From NCBI GenBank assembly GCA_041301185.1, contig JBFYSV010000182.1:1328-65327 (forward strand): a stretch of DNA of 64,000 bases, written 5' to 3'. Under the pieces are notes generated by a model. It was not told the DNA's origin, did not search any database, and was given only the letters and a program-made list of their open reading frames with translations. Position 1 is the stretch's first letter; every line of letters begins with the position of its first letter. The stretch comes from Anaerolineae bacterium. Lineage in GTDB: Bacteria; Chloroflexota; Anaerolineae; Anaerolineales; UBA4823. The position numbers were made by a program, and so were the translations under genes. Below, piece after piece: positions 8,591 to 17,410 of the stretch.

Positions 8591-9816
8591 GCGCCACACC
8601 TAATTTCAGGGGTCGCAAACAGTGGTGGGTGGCTATCTTGCTCTTTGGGCTATATCCTGCCATGCTTGCTGTCTGGTATTCGCTGACCGATATCTCCCCG
8701 CCCGGTCCACAGGCGCAGTCCAGTCAGGTCAGCTTTCTGATCCTGTTTGGAGCTTTCGCTGCTGTTGGCGCACTGCTCGTGGCGCACCGTCCCGCAAACC
8801 TGGTCGGCTGGATCTTCTACACATCCGGGATTGTAGGCGCATTCTCGGGTTTCGGCGGCGAATACGCCCGCTACACCCTGTTGACCAACCCGGGATCACT
8901 GCCTTACGGACTTGCGGTCGGGTTGCTCTCGGACGTGGTCTGGCTCTGGGCGCTTATTCAGATGTTCACCTTTCTGCCGCTGCTTTTCCCCACCGGGCGG
9001 CTGCCCTCGCCGCGCTGGCGCTGGGTTGGCTGGCTGACTTTTTTTGGATTTCTTGTATTATTTATCGGCATCTTTCTGACTCCCGCTATCGCATTAGGGC
9101 GGCAGGAATGGCGGTATACCGTCGAGAATCCCATCGGGATCAAAGGCGCGGAAGCGGTGCTCTCTGATATAGGCAGCAGCGCGTTTGTGCTGATCGTGGT
9201 CAGCGCATTCTTTTCCACAGTGTCGCTTTTGGTCCGCTACCGGCGAGCATCCGGGCAGGAGCGCGCCCAGATCAGGTGGTTTGCTTACGCGGTTGTCATT
9301 ATCGTGGGTTTTATTCTCCTCACTGAGATTATCGATTTTAAGGTGCCAGATATCCTGTTTGTACTGAGCATGATGACCCTGCCTATCGCCGCTGCCATCG
9401 CTATTCTTAAGTACCGCCTGTACGATATCGACGTGATCATCCGGCGCACGCTGGTCTACGGCGCGCTCACCCTGACCCTGGCGCTGGTCTACTTCGGCAG
9501 CGTGGTGCTGCTGCAGGGCGCATTCACCGCGGTCAGCGGTCAGCAGTCGGCAATCGCCATTGTGATCTCCACCCTGGGCATTGCCGCCCTGTTCACCCCA
9601 TTGCGCAAACGCATCCAAAACGACATCGACCGGCGCTTCTTCCGCAAGAAGTACGACGCCGAGAAAACCCTGCAAGCTTTCAGTGCCAACCTGCGCCAGG
9701 AGCTGGACCTGGAAGAGCTGAGCGAGCGTTTGTTGGGGGTAGTGGAGGAGACCCTGCAGCCGGAATCGGCCAGCCTGTGGATGATAAAGCCTACACTCGG
9801 AGAGAAGAAGATCTGA
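8587..9816 (+). CDS. Output-less sensor-like polytopic membrane protein, paralog 2
   Basis: 409 aa. ATG 8587 overlaps the stop of paralog 1 (ATGA). The N-terminal half contains HRPANLVGWIFY and RYRRASGQERAQIRW. The C-terminal module is ILKYRLYDIDVIIRRTLVY...IDRRFFRKKYDAEK...VVEETLQPESASLWM. Confidence 0.8.
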   Translation: MSATPNFRGRKQWWVAILLFGLYPAMLAVWYSLTDISPPGPQAQSSQVSFLILFGAFAAVGALLVAHRPANLVGWIFYTSGIVGAFSGFGGEYARYTLLTNPGSLPYGLAVGLLSDVVWLWALIQMFTFLPLLFPTGRLPSPRWRWVGWLTFFGFLVLFIGIFLTPAIALGRQEWRYTVENPIGIKGAEAVLSDIGSSAFVLIVVSAFFSTVSLLVRYRRASGQERAQIRWFAYAVVIIVGFILLTEIIDFKVPDILFVLSMMTLPIAAAIAILKYRLYDIDVIIRRTLVYGALTLTLALVYFGSVVLLQGAFTAVSGQQSAIAIVISTLGIAALFTPLRKRIQNDIDRRFFRKKYDAEKTLQAFSANLRQELDLEELSERLLGVVEETLQPESASLWMIKPTLGEKKI

Positions 9817-9883
9817 TCGGGCGATCGCTCCCAAGCCAATTGAAGGTCTTCTCCGGTATAATCGTAGTCTTGGTGCTATAGGG

Positions 9884-11254
9884 ATGAAACGCTTTGTCTT
9901 AACCCCATTCTTGCTCCCGGAGAAACCTCTGACCGGCAGGAGCCTGCTGGCTGCCCGCCTGGTATCAGCCGGGATTAGTCTGGCAAGCCTGACCATGTTC
10001 CTGGTCGCCTTACCGGCGCGCCTGGAATGGCTGACCCGCTTTTCGTTTGGCGCAGAGCGGGTTCTCCTCGAGCAAACGTTATTACTTAATGACCCCATCC
10101 ACTGGTTGACCGATGTGTTTCCGTATGTTGCCCTGGCAATCGAGATCATCGTGTTTTTGATCTACCTGTTGAACGCTGCTTTGCTCTACTACCTCCGCTC
10201 GCAAGAATGGCTGGTTTTGCTGACCTCTGCTGCGTTGATGTCCTTTGCCCTGCATATCATCCCCACCCTGAATACCTGGATGCTGGAAAACCCTGATCTG
10301 GCCTTTTTGGGGATCATCCTCAAATCGATTGGCCTGGGACTGGCTTTTCTTTTCCTGTACCTCTTCCCCAGCGGGTTTTACTCTCCACGCTGGATTCGCG
10401 TATTTTTCTTGCTGTGGATTGTTTGGGCGCTCCTATGGCTGATCTACCCGGATTCGATCTTCAGCTTTCAAGACCCGTTCAATATCAGCCTGGTTGGCTT
10501 TGTGTTGCTGATGACTTGGTGGGGGGTGGGTATCTTTGCCCAGCTATACCGCTACTCGCGCGTCTCCGGTCCAGTTGAGCGCCAGCAGACCAAGTACATC
10601 ACATTTGGAGCCACCCTGGTGGCAATCGCCTACTGCCTGTACGTGCCGCTGCGCCAGTTGATGAGCTACATGCCCCGCCCCGACCTGGCTCAAGTCGTTT
10701 TTCAAATGGTTGCCCCGTATGTGTATTTGGTCATGGTGGCTGCCATCCCCATCACGATTGCCTTGTCTATCTTGCGTTACCGGCTATGGGATATCGACCT
10801 GATCATCCGCCGGACCCTGTTATACTCTGCGCTGACCGCAACCCTGGCGGTACTCTATTTCGCCAGTGTAGTGTTGATGCAGGGCTTGCTTGCCCTGGCA
10901 GGCGTCAATCAATCGGCATTGGTAGTTGTGATCTCTACCCTGGGGATTGCGGCCTTGTTCACACCGCTGCGACAGCGCATCCAATCGGATATCGATCGTC
11001 GTTTCTTCCGCCGGCGTTACGACACCGAGAAGATCCTGGCGGCTTTTGCAACCCTGGCCAGCGAGCAGGTTGACCTGGACGAGCTAAGCAGCCGTTTTTT
11101 GGCAGTCGTTGAAGAAACGATGCAGCCCGAGTTCGCCGGCGTGTGGCTGGCGCCTCTCTCCATCGGCGGGATGCCTCCCGAAGGGGTAAATGACCAAAGA
11201 GCAAGCCAGGCTTCCAGCCTATATCGCCAATCTGTAAAGGAGGATGGTTTATGA
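9884..11254 (+). CDS. Output-less sensor-like polytopic membrane protein, paralog 3
   Basis: 456 aa, about 10 TM helices, with QLYRYSRVSGPVERQQTKYI. The C-terminal module is ILRYRLWDIDLIIRRTLLY...IDRRFFRRRYDTEK...VVEETMQPEFAGVWL, followed by a 40-aa hydrophilic tail. Confidence 0.8.
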   Translation: MKRFVLTPFLLPEKPLTGRSLLAARLVSAGISLASLTMFLVALPARLEWLTRFSFGAERVLLEQTLLLNDPIHWLTDVFPYVALAIEIIVFLIYLLNAALLYYLRSQEWLVLLTSAALMSFALHIIPTLNTWMLENPDLAFLGIILKSIGLGLAFLFLYLFPSGFYSPRWIRVFFLLWIVWALLWLIYPDSIFSFQDPFNISLVGFVLLMTWWGVGIFAQLYRYSRVSGPVERQQTKYITFGATLVAIAYCLYVPLRQLMSYMPRPDLAQVVFQMVAPYVYLVMVAAIPITIALSILRYRLWDIDLIIRRTLLYSALTATLAVLYFASVVLMQGLLALAGVNQSALVVVISTLGIAALFTPLRQRIQSDIDRRFFRRRYDTEKILAAFATLASEQVDLDELSSRFLAVVEETMQPEFAGVWLAPLSIGGMPPEGVNDQRASQASSLYRQSVKEDGL

Positions 11255-12621
11255 GTCCAGAACGCAGTAACACCCCGGTGGAACGCCAGGTGGAATGGGG
11301 TTCGCAGGATGCCGGGCAATATTTCCGCTATATGTCTGAGTTCGTTGGATTTGGCTTGCAAGAAGCCGAAGCCATCCAGGCGACTCACCTGATTGTCGAG
11401 AAGTACATCCCACAGATTGTGGGCCAGTTCTATACTAAGTTGCTGGGCTACCCGCCAACCCGCAAGGTGTTTTCGAAAAAAGACGGCAGCATCGACCAGG
11501 AATATCTCCAGATGCGCATGCACCACCTGACCAATTTTCTACGCCGCACTGCCGCTGGGGTCTATGACAATGATTATGCCCGCTTTATCGATTATGTCGG
11601 TCGGGCGCATACCTCGCATGGCGCCGACCCCAAGATTTATATCCCCGAGCGCTATGTCATCGGGCAGATTGGCTTGATCCAGCATGCCATCAGCGACGCT
11701 TTGCACAAAGAGCTGGGCGATGCGGACCCCGAGCTGGAACACCAGGCCTCCAGGGCATGGAACCTGCTGTTGATGGTGATCCTGGAGATGCTGGCCAGGG
11801 CATACAGCGACGAACGCGCTGCTGAAGGAGAGGGCACCCAGGCAACCATCGACAAAAGCACCGTCCAGCAGCTTGCAGTCCAGATCTACGAGCGCAACCT
11901 GGGGTTGTATCGCTCGATTGAGCACAAAGAGGTAAAAATTGGGAGAGTAGCCGATATCCCCGAAGGCGAGCGAAAGATTGTGGAGGTAGAGGGGGTCTCG
12001 ATTGGCGTTTTCCATCACAACGGGGACTGGTACGCCTTGCGCAATAGCTGCTTGCACCGCTCCGGGCCGGTGTGCACCGGGTCGCTAAAAGACGGCATCC
12101 TGACCTGTCCCTGGCACGGTTACCAGTATGAAATTACGAATGGTGAGTTTTTGCTGGACAGCAGCGCAAAACTGGAAATGTACCCGGTAGAGATTCGAGA
12201 AGGCGATATTTACCTGCGCGTCCCATTCCTGGTGATGGACTCGCCTCCCGTCGAGCTGGAACCAGCAAGCGGAGCAGGGACAGCCCAGCCAGTTTCCACC
12301 GCGGCCCCCGAGAAGCCATCCCTGAAAGGGAACGAGTTTTGGGTTGCAGACCTCCCACCGGGACAGATCGGTTTGGTGGTGGTGGGCGGGGAGGAAGTAG
12401 CCGTTTATAATATCGCAGGAAAATTCTACGCTACGCACAATTACTGCACCCATGCCGACGGGCCATTGAACGAGGGCTATATAGAAGAATATGGCGTGGT
12501 ATGCCCCTGGCACGACTCGTGCTTCGATGTGCGCGATGGCAGCGTGCTCAGGGGACCGGCAACCGAGCCAGTCATAGCGTATACCGTGATCGTTGAAGAC
12601 GGGATCGGCCGGGTAGAGTGA
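11251..12621 (+). CDS. Protoglobin-like (globin-coupled-sensor type) domain fused to two Rieske [2Fe-2S] domains
   Basis: 456 aa. The N-terminal ~190 aa resemble sensor globin/protoglobin (FIDYVGRAHTSHG...YIPERYVIGQIGLIQ, candidate proximal His in GRAH). There are two CxH-X(16-17)-CxxH Rieske motifs: CLHRSGPVCTGSLKDGILTCPWHG and CTHADGPLNEGYIEEYGVVCPWHD. The ATG overlaps the stop of paralog 3 (ATGA). Confidence 0.7.
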   Translation: MSPERSNTPVERQVEWGSQDAGQYFRYMSEFVGFGLQEAEAIQATHLIVEKYIPQIVGQFYTKLLGYPPTRKVFSKKDGSIDQEYLQMRMHHLTNFLRRTAAGVYDNDYARFIDYVGRAHTSHGADPKIYIPERYVIGQIGLIQHAISDALHKELGDADPELEHQASRAWNLLLMVILEMLARAYSDERAAEGEGTQATIDKSTVQQLAVQIYERNLGLYRSIEHKEVKIGRVADIPEGERKIVEVEGVSIGVFHHNGDWYALRNSCLHRSGPVCTGSLKDGILTCPWHGYQYEITNGEFLLDSSAKLEMYPVEIREGDIYLRVPFLVMDSPPVELEPASGAGTAQPVSTAAPEKPSLKGNEFWVADLPPGQIGLVVVGGEEVAVYNIAGKFYATHNYCTHADGPLNEGYIEEYGVVCPWHDSCFDVRDGSVLRGPATEPVIAYTVIVEDGIGRVE

Positions 12622-12682
12622 TTGAGTGATAAAATTTAATTCGCGGTTGATGCGTGAGAGATAAACACGCTTCGGAGGAAGC

Positions 12683-13936
12683 ATGCACCATAACAGGGTT
12701 GTGATCACCGGTCTGGGGGCTATTACCCCGCTGGGATTGTCCGTGAGCGAGTATTGGGACGGTCTGGTCCACGGTCGCTCGGGTATTCGTAAAATCAGCT
12801 TGTTTGATGCCAGCCATATGCCCTGCCAGATTGCTGGCGAGGTGCACGATTTTGATCCCGGTAACTATATGGATCGCAAAACTGCCCGGCGCATGCCGCG
12901 TTCCAGCCAGTTTGCGGTAGCGGCAGCCCGCCAGGCGATCGAAGATGCAGGTTTGGCTTATCCGATGACCGATCCGGAGCGGGTTGGCGTGTTTTTAGGC
13001 ACAGCAGTCGGCGGTCTGGATACACTCAACTCGGCAGGGGAAATCTTGCGCACCAAAGGCTTTGACCGCATCCCCCCCTTACACCTGCCGAGCGGGATTC
13101 CCAACATCCCCGCATTTCTGATTGCCCATGAGTTTCAGTGCCTGGGGCCAAATAGCACCACTGCTACCGCTTGCGCAGCTGGCACCCAGGCGGTGGGTGA
13201 AGCCTCAGAATGGATCCGCCGGGGAGCAGCGGATATTGTCATCGCTGGCGGCACAGAGACAATCGTTATGGAACTGGTGGTTGGCGCTTTCAGCGTGATG
13301 CGCGCCCTGCCGTTTGATTTTAACGACCGCCCCGAAGCTGCTTCACGTCCCTTTGACGCCTTGCGCCAGGGGTTTGTTCTATCGGAAGGCGCGGCTATAC
13401 TGGTGCTGGAAGGCCTCGAGCACGCCCAGAGGCGCGGCGCGCGGATCTACGCTGAGGTCTTGGGTTACGCCTCCTCGTCTGACGGCTATGACATCGCCGC
13501 CTTGCAGCCGGAGGGGCTGGGTCCCAGCCGGGCGATGCGCTGGGCGATCCAGAACGCCGGCCTCCAACCGAAAGATGTGGGCTATATCAACGCTCATGGC
13601 ACTTCCACATCGCTCAACGACAAAATTGAGACCCTGGCGATAAAAAATGTCTTCGGTGAAGATGCGTATAAAGTCACCATCAGCTCGACCAAATCGATGA
13701 TGGGCCACGCCATGGGCGCTTCCGGCGCGCTGGAAGCGATTGCCTGCACCCTGGCGATTGGTAAGGGCGTGATCCCTCCCACGATCAACTATGAAAACCC
13801 CGACCCCGAGTGCGATCTGTTCTACACCCCCAACCAGGCGATCCAGCGCAATGTGAATATCGCTATGTCGAACTCGTTTGGCCTGGGCGGGCAGAACGCC
13901 TGCCTGGTATTGAAGCGTATGAACGGGGATAGTTAA
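12683..13936 (+). CDS. fabF: Beta-ketoacyl-ACP synthase II
   Basis: 417 aa. Recognisable features are RVVITGLGAITPLG, the active-site region ATACAAG, INAHGTSTSLND and SNSFGLGGQNACLVL. GGAGGA RBS. Confidence 0.9.
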   Translation: MHHNRVVITGLGAITPLGLSVSEYWDGLVHGRSGIRKISLFDASHMPCQIAGEVHDFDPGNYMDRKTARRMPRSSQFAVAAARQAIEDAGLAYPMTDPERVGVFLGTAVGGLDTLNSAGEILRTKGFDRIPPLHLPSGIPNIPAFLIAHEFQCLGPNSTTATACAAGTQAVGEASEWIRRGAADIVIAGGTETIVMELVVGAFSVMRALPFDFNDRPEAASRPFDALRQGFVLSEGAAILVLEGLEHAQRRGARIYAEVLGYASSSDGYDIAALQPEGLGPSRAMRWAIQNAGLQPKDVGYINAHGTSTSLNDKIETLAIKNVFGEDAYKVTISSTKSMMGHAMGASGALEAIACTLAIGKGVIPPTINYENPDPECDLFYTPNQAIQRNVNIAMSNSFGLGGQNACLVLKRMNGDS

Positions 13937-13966
13937 ACACTCGCCCCTGATAACAGGCATCCTGGA

Positions 13967-15922
13967 TTGAACAAGGGAACGGACGTCCTGTTACAGCCAG
14001 ACGAAATTCCTGCGCAGCCGCGCAGGCGGCTTTGGTTTGGGCGGGTAGCCTGGCTTGTGCTGGCTATCCTGGTAGCGATTTACTGCCTGGCGGTTGTTCC
14101 GATTGATGTTCGGAATTACCCGGATAGTTGGGAGGCGGTTTCTAGCTACCCGGCTGTGGATAGCCTGCTTTCTTTCTCTGCTTATTCCTTCTATCAGCTC
14201 GCCCTGCGCTACCTGGTTATCTTCTTCTCGTTTTTCGTCGCCCTGACGATCTTTATCCGGGTTGGGCTGGCGGATAGCAGGTACGCGCCGGTTGCCCTGC
14301 TGGCGGCCTCCTTGCTGGTCTTATTCCCGCTGCTTGTTTCCCTGGGAGCCAGCGGAGTGGATCTGCCTTATGCTCGACCGTGGGATCGGGTCTTAGAGGC
14401 GGTTGGTCTCCTGCTGGGCTTGCTGTGCTTCCCGCTGCTCATCTGGTTTTATTTCGTCTTTCCTGATGGGAATTTCAACCCTGGTTGGATGCGCTGGCTG
14501 GGAGCGCCGCTTGCCGTAACGATAGTTCTTATGTTTTCGCTTTCGGTTACCCAGGCTATCCCTGGGGGATGGTGGTGGGCTGTTGGAATGCTGGCGTTCC
14601 TGGTCGCTTTAGTGGCGGGGATTGCTTCGCAGATATACCGCTACCGGGTTCTTGCCAGTGCTGCAGAGAAGAGCCGCACCCGCTGGGTCATCGTAAGCCT
14701 GCTCCTGTTGCCTGTGCTGACAATCCTGGGTTCCAGCCTGTCTGCGCTGATCAATATCCACCTGCAAGCTCTTTCCGTGGCTCTGCTGCCAACCGCATTG
14801 CTCATATCGATCTTCAAATACGGGCTTTGGGCGGTGCGCCTATCCCCCCGTCGGGTGAAAGGATACGCCTACCTGGTTGGGGTTTTGGTGGTTACCGGCA
14901 TGCTGAGCCTGTTCTGGTTCAATCGCACCTACCAGCTAGAAGCTTACCCTGCCATCGATTTTGAGCCGCTGCCGCAAACCGATCAGCAATTGCCGGTGGT
15001 CATCGACACTGATATGGCTGCCGACGACTGGATGGCGATCCTCTTTCTATTGCAGCGCTCGGATGTGCAGGTCAAAGCGATCACGGTCACCGGGGCAGGC
15101 GAAGCCCATTGCGAGCCTGGCGTGCGTAATGCCCTGGGGCTGGTGGCGCTGGCTGGTAATGATCCCATCCCGGTGGCTTGTGGTCGAGAAACCCCGCTGG
15201 CGGGAAACCAGGAGTTCCCCCAGGCGTGGCGGGAGGGCGTTGACCAGTTGCTGGGGTTGCAGCTGCCTGAGGGCAGCAATCCGGATACCACCGGCAATGC
15301 TGTCGATCTGCTCGTATCCACAGCCGAAACTTCACCCGAAAAAGTAGTCTTGCTGACCCTCGGCCCGCTGACCAATGTGGCAGAAGCCATCCAGCAAGAG
15401 CCCGCCTTCCTGGAGAACATCCAGCAGATCTATATCATGGGCGGGGCGCTGCAGGTTCCAGGCAACGTGTTTTATTCGGGGGTGGGAATCGATAATAAAG
15501 ATGCTGAATGGAATGTTTTTGTGGACCCGCTGGCAGCCAAGATAGTCATCGAATCGGGTGCCCCGGTCACCCTGGTGCCCTTGGATGCCACCAACCAGGT
15601 GCCAGCCGATCTGAGCTTCTACCGCCAACTGCAAAGCAACCGCAAAACGCCTGAAGCGGAGTTTATTTACCAGGTGCTGAGCAACAAGCTGGATATGATC
15701 CTGCCGGGCGTTTACTATTTCTGGGATCCCCTGGTGGCGGCGGTGGCAGTTGATGAGAGCATTGGATATATCAAAGATGGTCTGGTTCGGGTCATTGCAG
15801 AGCCGGGGGTGCACAGCGGAGCCACCCGCCTGGTGAAAGATGGTGTTCCGGTGCGCTATGCCAAGTCGGCGGACAACGAGCGGTTTGTTTTCGAGTTCCT
15901 GCGTGCTTTAAATCAGGAGTAG
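13967..15922 (+). CDS. Fusion: sensor-like polytopic membrane domain (same family as paralogs 3, 5 and 7) + inosine-uridine-preferring nucleoside hydrolase domain
   Basis: 651 aa. The N-terminal ~310 aa are multi-TM, with QIYRYRVLASAAEKSRTRWV and ISIFKYGLWAV (degenerate versions of the family motifs). The C-terminal ~320 aa carry the IUNH signature VVIDTDMAADDWMAILFLL (DTDxxxDD), then YIMGGA and WDPLVAAVAV. The TTG start has no clear SD, so the start is uncertain. Confidence 0.7.
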   Translation: MNKGTDVLLQPDEIPAQPRRRLWFGRVAWLVLAILVAIYCLAVVPIDVRNYPDSWEAVSSYPAVDSLLSFSAYSFYQLALRYLVIFFSFFVALTIFIRVGLADSRYAPVALLAASLLVLFPLLVSLGASGVDLPYARPWDRVLEAVGLLLGLLCFPLLIWFYFVFPDGNFNPGWMRWLGAPLAVTIVLMFSLSVTQAIPGGWWWAVGMLAFLVALVAGIASQIYRYRVLASAAEKSRTRWVIVSLLLLPVLTILGSSLSALINIHLQALSVALLPTALLISIFKYGLWAVRLSPRRVKGYAYLVGVLVVTGMLSLFWFNRTYQLEAYPAIDFEPLPQTDQQLPVVIDTDMAADDWMAILFLLQRSDVQVKAITVTGAGEAHCEPGVRNALGLVALAGNDPIPVACGRETPLAGNQEFPQAWREGVDQLLGLQLPEGSNPDTTGNAVDLLVSTAETSPEKVVLLTLGPLTNVAEAIQQEPAFLENIQQIYIMGGALQVPGNVFYSGVGIDNKDAEWNVFVDPLAAKIVIESGAPVTLVPLDATNQVPADLSFYRQLQSNRKTPEAEFIYQVLSNKLDMILPGVYYFWDPLVAAVAVDESIGYIKDGLVRVIAEPGVHSGATRLVKDGVPVRYAKSADNERFVFEFLRALNQE

Positions 15923-16033
15923 CTGGCTCACCCGGCAGTCTCCTTCCTGGGTCCGTCAATCTATTCTCTCTGGCAGCTTTACCATATTGCGTCAATACAC
16001 AAAACGCGCGTATTGCTGCCGGATTCCCTCTTT

Positions 16034-16078
16034 CGTAACGCCAACCGTAACACTTTCGAGACGGGAGGTGAGTATCAT
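16034..16078 (+). promoter_or_regulatory. Second copy of the CGTAACG-N5-CGTAAC(A)-N20-TATCAT promoter architecture
   Basis: CGTAACG at 16034-16040, CGTAACA at 16046-16052, TATCAT at 16073-16078. The spacings are identical to the copies at 5252 and 20692. It lies upstream of paralog 5. Confidence 0.4.
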
Positions 16079-16117
16079 ATACCCATCTATCTTGACATTT
16101 ATGACCCAAGGAGAATA

Positions 16118-17410
16118 TTGAAAAGCCTCTTGAGTGTGCCAGAAACAGTACCCTTTCGTAATAGCGGGGCATGGTTGCGAATAGCGCGCCCGCTGGCTTT
16201 CTTGCTGGGAGCTGTACTCACCCTGCTGGCGATTTATTCGTACGCCTATACAGCCAGTATGGTCTTCACAAATCCGGCGCTGGTTCTGCCGGATGAAAAA
16301 TGGACAGCCCCCCTACTTAACAATGCCCTGGTTGGATTGGGGCTGCCGGGAGCTTTTTATGCTGTTTTTACCCTGGGCATAACCCTGCTATTTGGTCTTT
16401 CTTTCCTGGTCTGTGGTTGGTTAATCCTGCTGCGCAGAAGCCGGGATTGGTTTGGCCTGTACCTGGCTCTGTTACTTTTAGCCTGGGCAAGCGGGGTGGG
16501 GGTGTTTTCTTCAATGCCGAGTGCTGCCTGGACCGAGGGCACTTATCTCGGCTGGTTTATGTGGCCGGGATTATTCTTGTTGCCTTATTTTTTCCCCAGC
16601 GGTCATGTTATCCCACGCTGGGCGCGCTGGTTCGCCTGGGGCTGGATTTTATTCTCCGCTTATATGTTTGTAACGGATGTCCTGGGTGTTCTCCCCGAGA
16701 ATTTCTTGCTCTTTTTACCGGTAATTTTTTCTGTTCTGCTGGTGGGCGGCTACGCTCAGATCTACCGTTACCGCCATGCCAGCGCGCTGGAACGCCAGCA
16801 AATCAAGCTAGTGGTATTTTCGTTGGTACTTTTCGCTACATTCTTTGTATTCTTTGCGCTGGCAATCAATTACACCGGGTTGGTTGACCCAGGCAAACGC
16901 AGCCCGGTCAGCGCGCTTGCCTTTAGCCTCCTCCTTTCAACCGGCGCTCATCTGGTTTTTATGGGCGTGCCTATCTCCATCGCCGTGGCGATTCTGCGTT
17001 ACCGGCTGTGGGATATGGATATTGTGATCCGCCGCACCCTGGTCTACGGCGGTTTGACCCTCACCCTGGCGCTGGTGTATTTTGGCAGCGTGATCCTTTT
17101 ACAAAGTATGGTGACCGCCGTCGGCGGGCAGCAGACGGCGGTCGTAACCGTGATCTCCACCCTGCTGATTGCCGCCCTGTTCAACCCGCTACGCAAGCGC
17201 ATCCAGAGCGGTATTGACCGGCGCTTCTTTCGTAAGAAATACGACGCCGAGAAGGTCGTGGTCGCGTTCGGCGCCAGCCTGCGCCAGGAGGTGGATTTGG
17301 AAGATCTACAATCTCAGATTGTGGCGGTAGTGGAAGAGACCCTGCAACCGGAGCTGGTCAGCCTGTGGCTGAGACCGGGAACAGATAAGAAGGGTGAGGT
17401 GAGCCTGTGA
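16118..17410 (+). CDS. Output-less sensor-like polytopic membrane protein, paralog 5
   Basis: The ORF-track frame opens at 16013 (TTG), but that would place the candidate promoter inside the gene. In-frame TTG 16118 follows AAGGAG. The protein contains QIYRYRHASALERQQIKLV. The C-terminal module is ILRYRLWDMDIVIRRTLVY...IDRRFFRKKYDAEK...VVEETLQPELVSLWL. The start is uncertain. Confidence 0.75.
   Translation: MKSLLSVPETVPFRNSGAWLRIARPLAFLLGAVLTLLAIYSYAYTASMVFTNPALVLPDEKWTAPLLNNALVGLGLPGAFYAVFTLGITLLFGLSFLVCGWLILLRRSRDWFGLYLALLLLAWASGVGVFSSMPSAAWTEGTYLGWFMWPGLFLLPYFFPSGHVIPRWARWFAWGWILFSAYMFVTDVLGVLPENFLLFLPVIFSVLLVGGYAQIYRYRHASALERQQIKLVVFSLVLFATFFVFFALAINYTGLVDPGKRSPVSALAFSLLLSTGAHLVFMGVPISIAVAILRYRLWDMDIVIRRTLVYGGLTLTLALVYFGSVILLQSMVTAVGGQQTAVVTVISTLLIAALFNPLRKRIQSGIDRRFFRKKYDAEKVVVAFGASLRQEVDLEDLQSQIVAVVEETLQPELVSLWLRPGTDKKGEVSL

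Noticed and set aside
7973-10149. Antisense ORFs 7973-8548 (191 aa) and 9094-10149 (351 aa) that resemble each other
   Set aside because: Their mutual similarity is just the mirror image of the conserved C-terminal module of the + strand paralogs. The + strand frames have coherent TM topology and motifs, and the antisense frames do not.
16013-16117. Upstream extension of paralog 5 (TTG 16013) and of paralog 7 (GTG 18819)
   Set aside because: The 16013 start would place the conserved promoter motif inside the coding region, and TTG 16118 has an AAGGAG SD. For paralog 7, GTG 18846 reproduces the 4-nt overlap seen at neighbouring junctions. Both remain uncertain.
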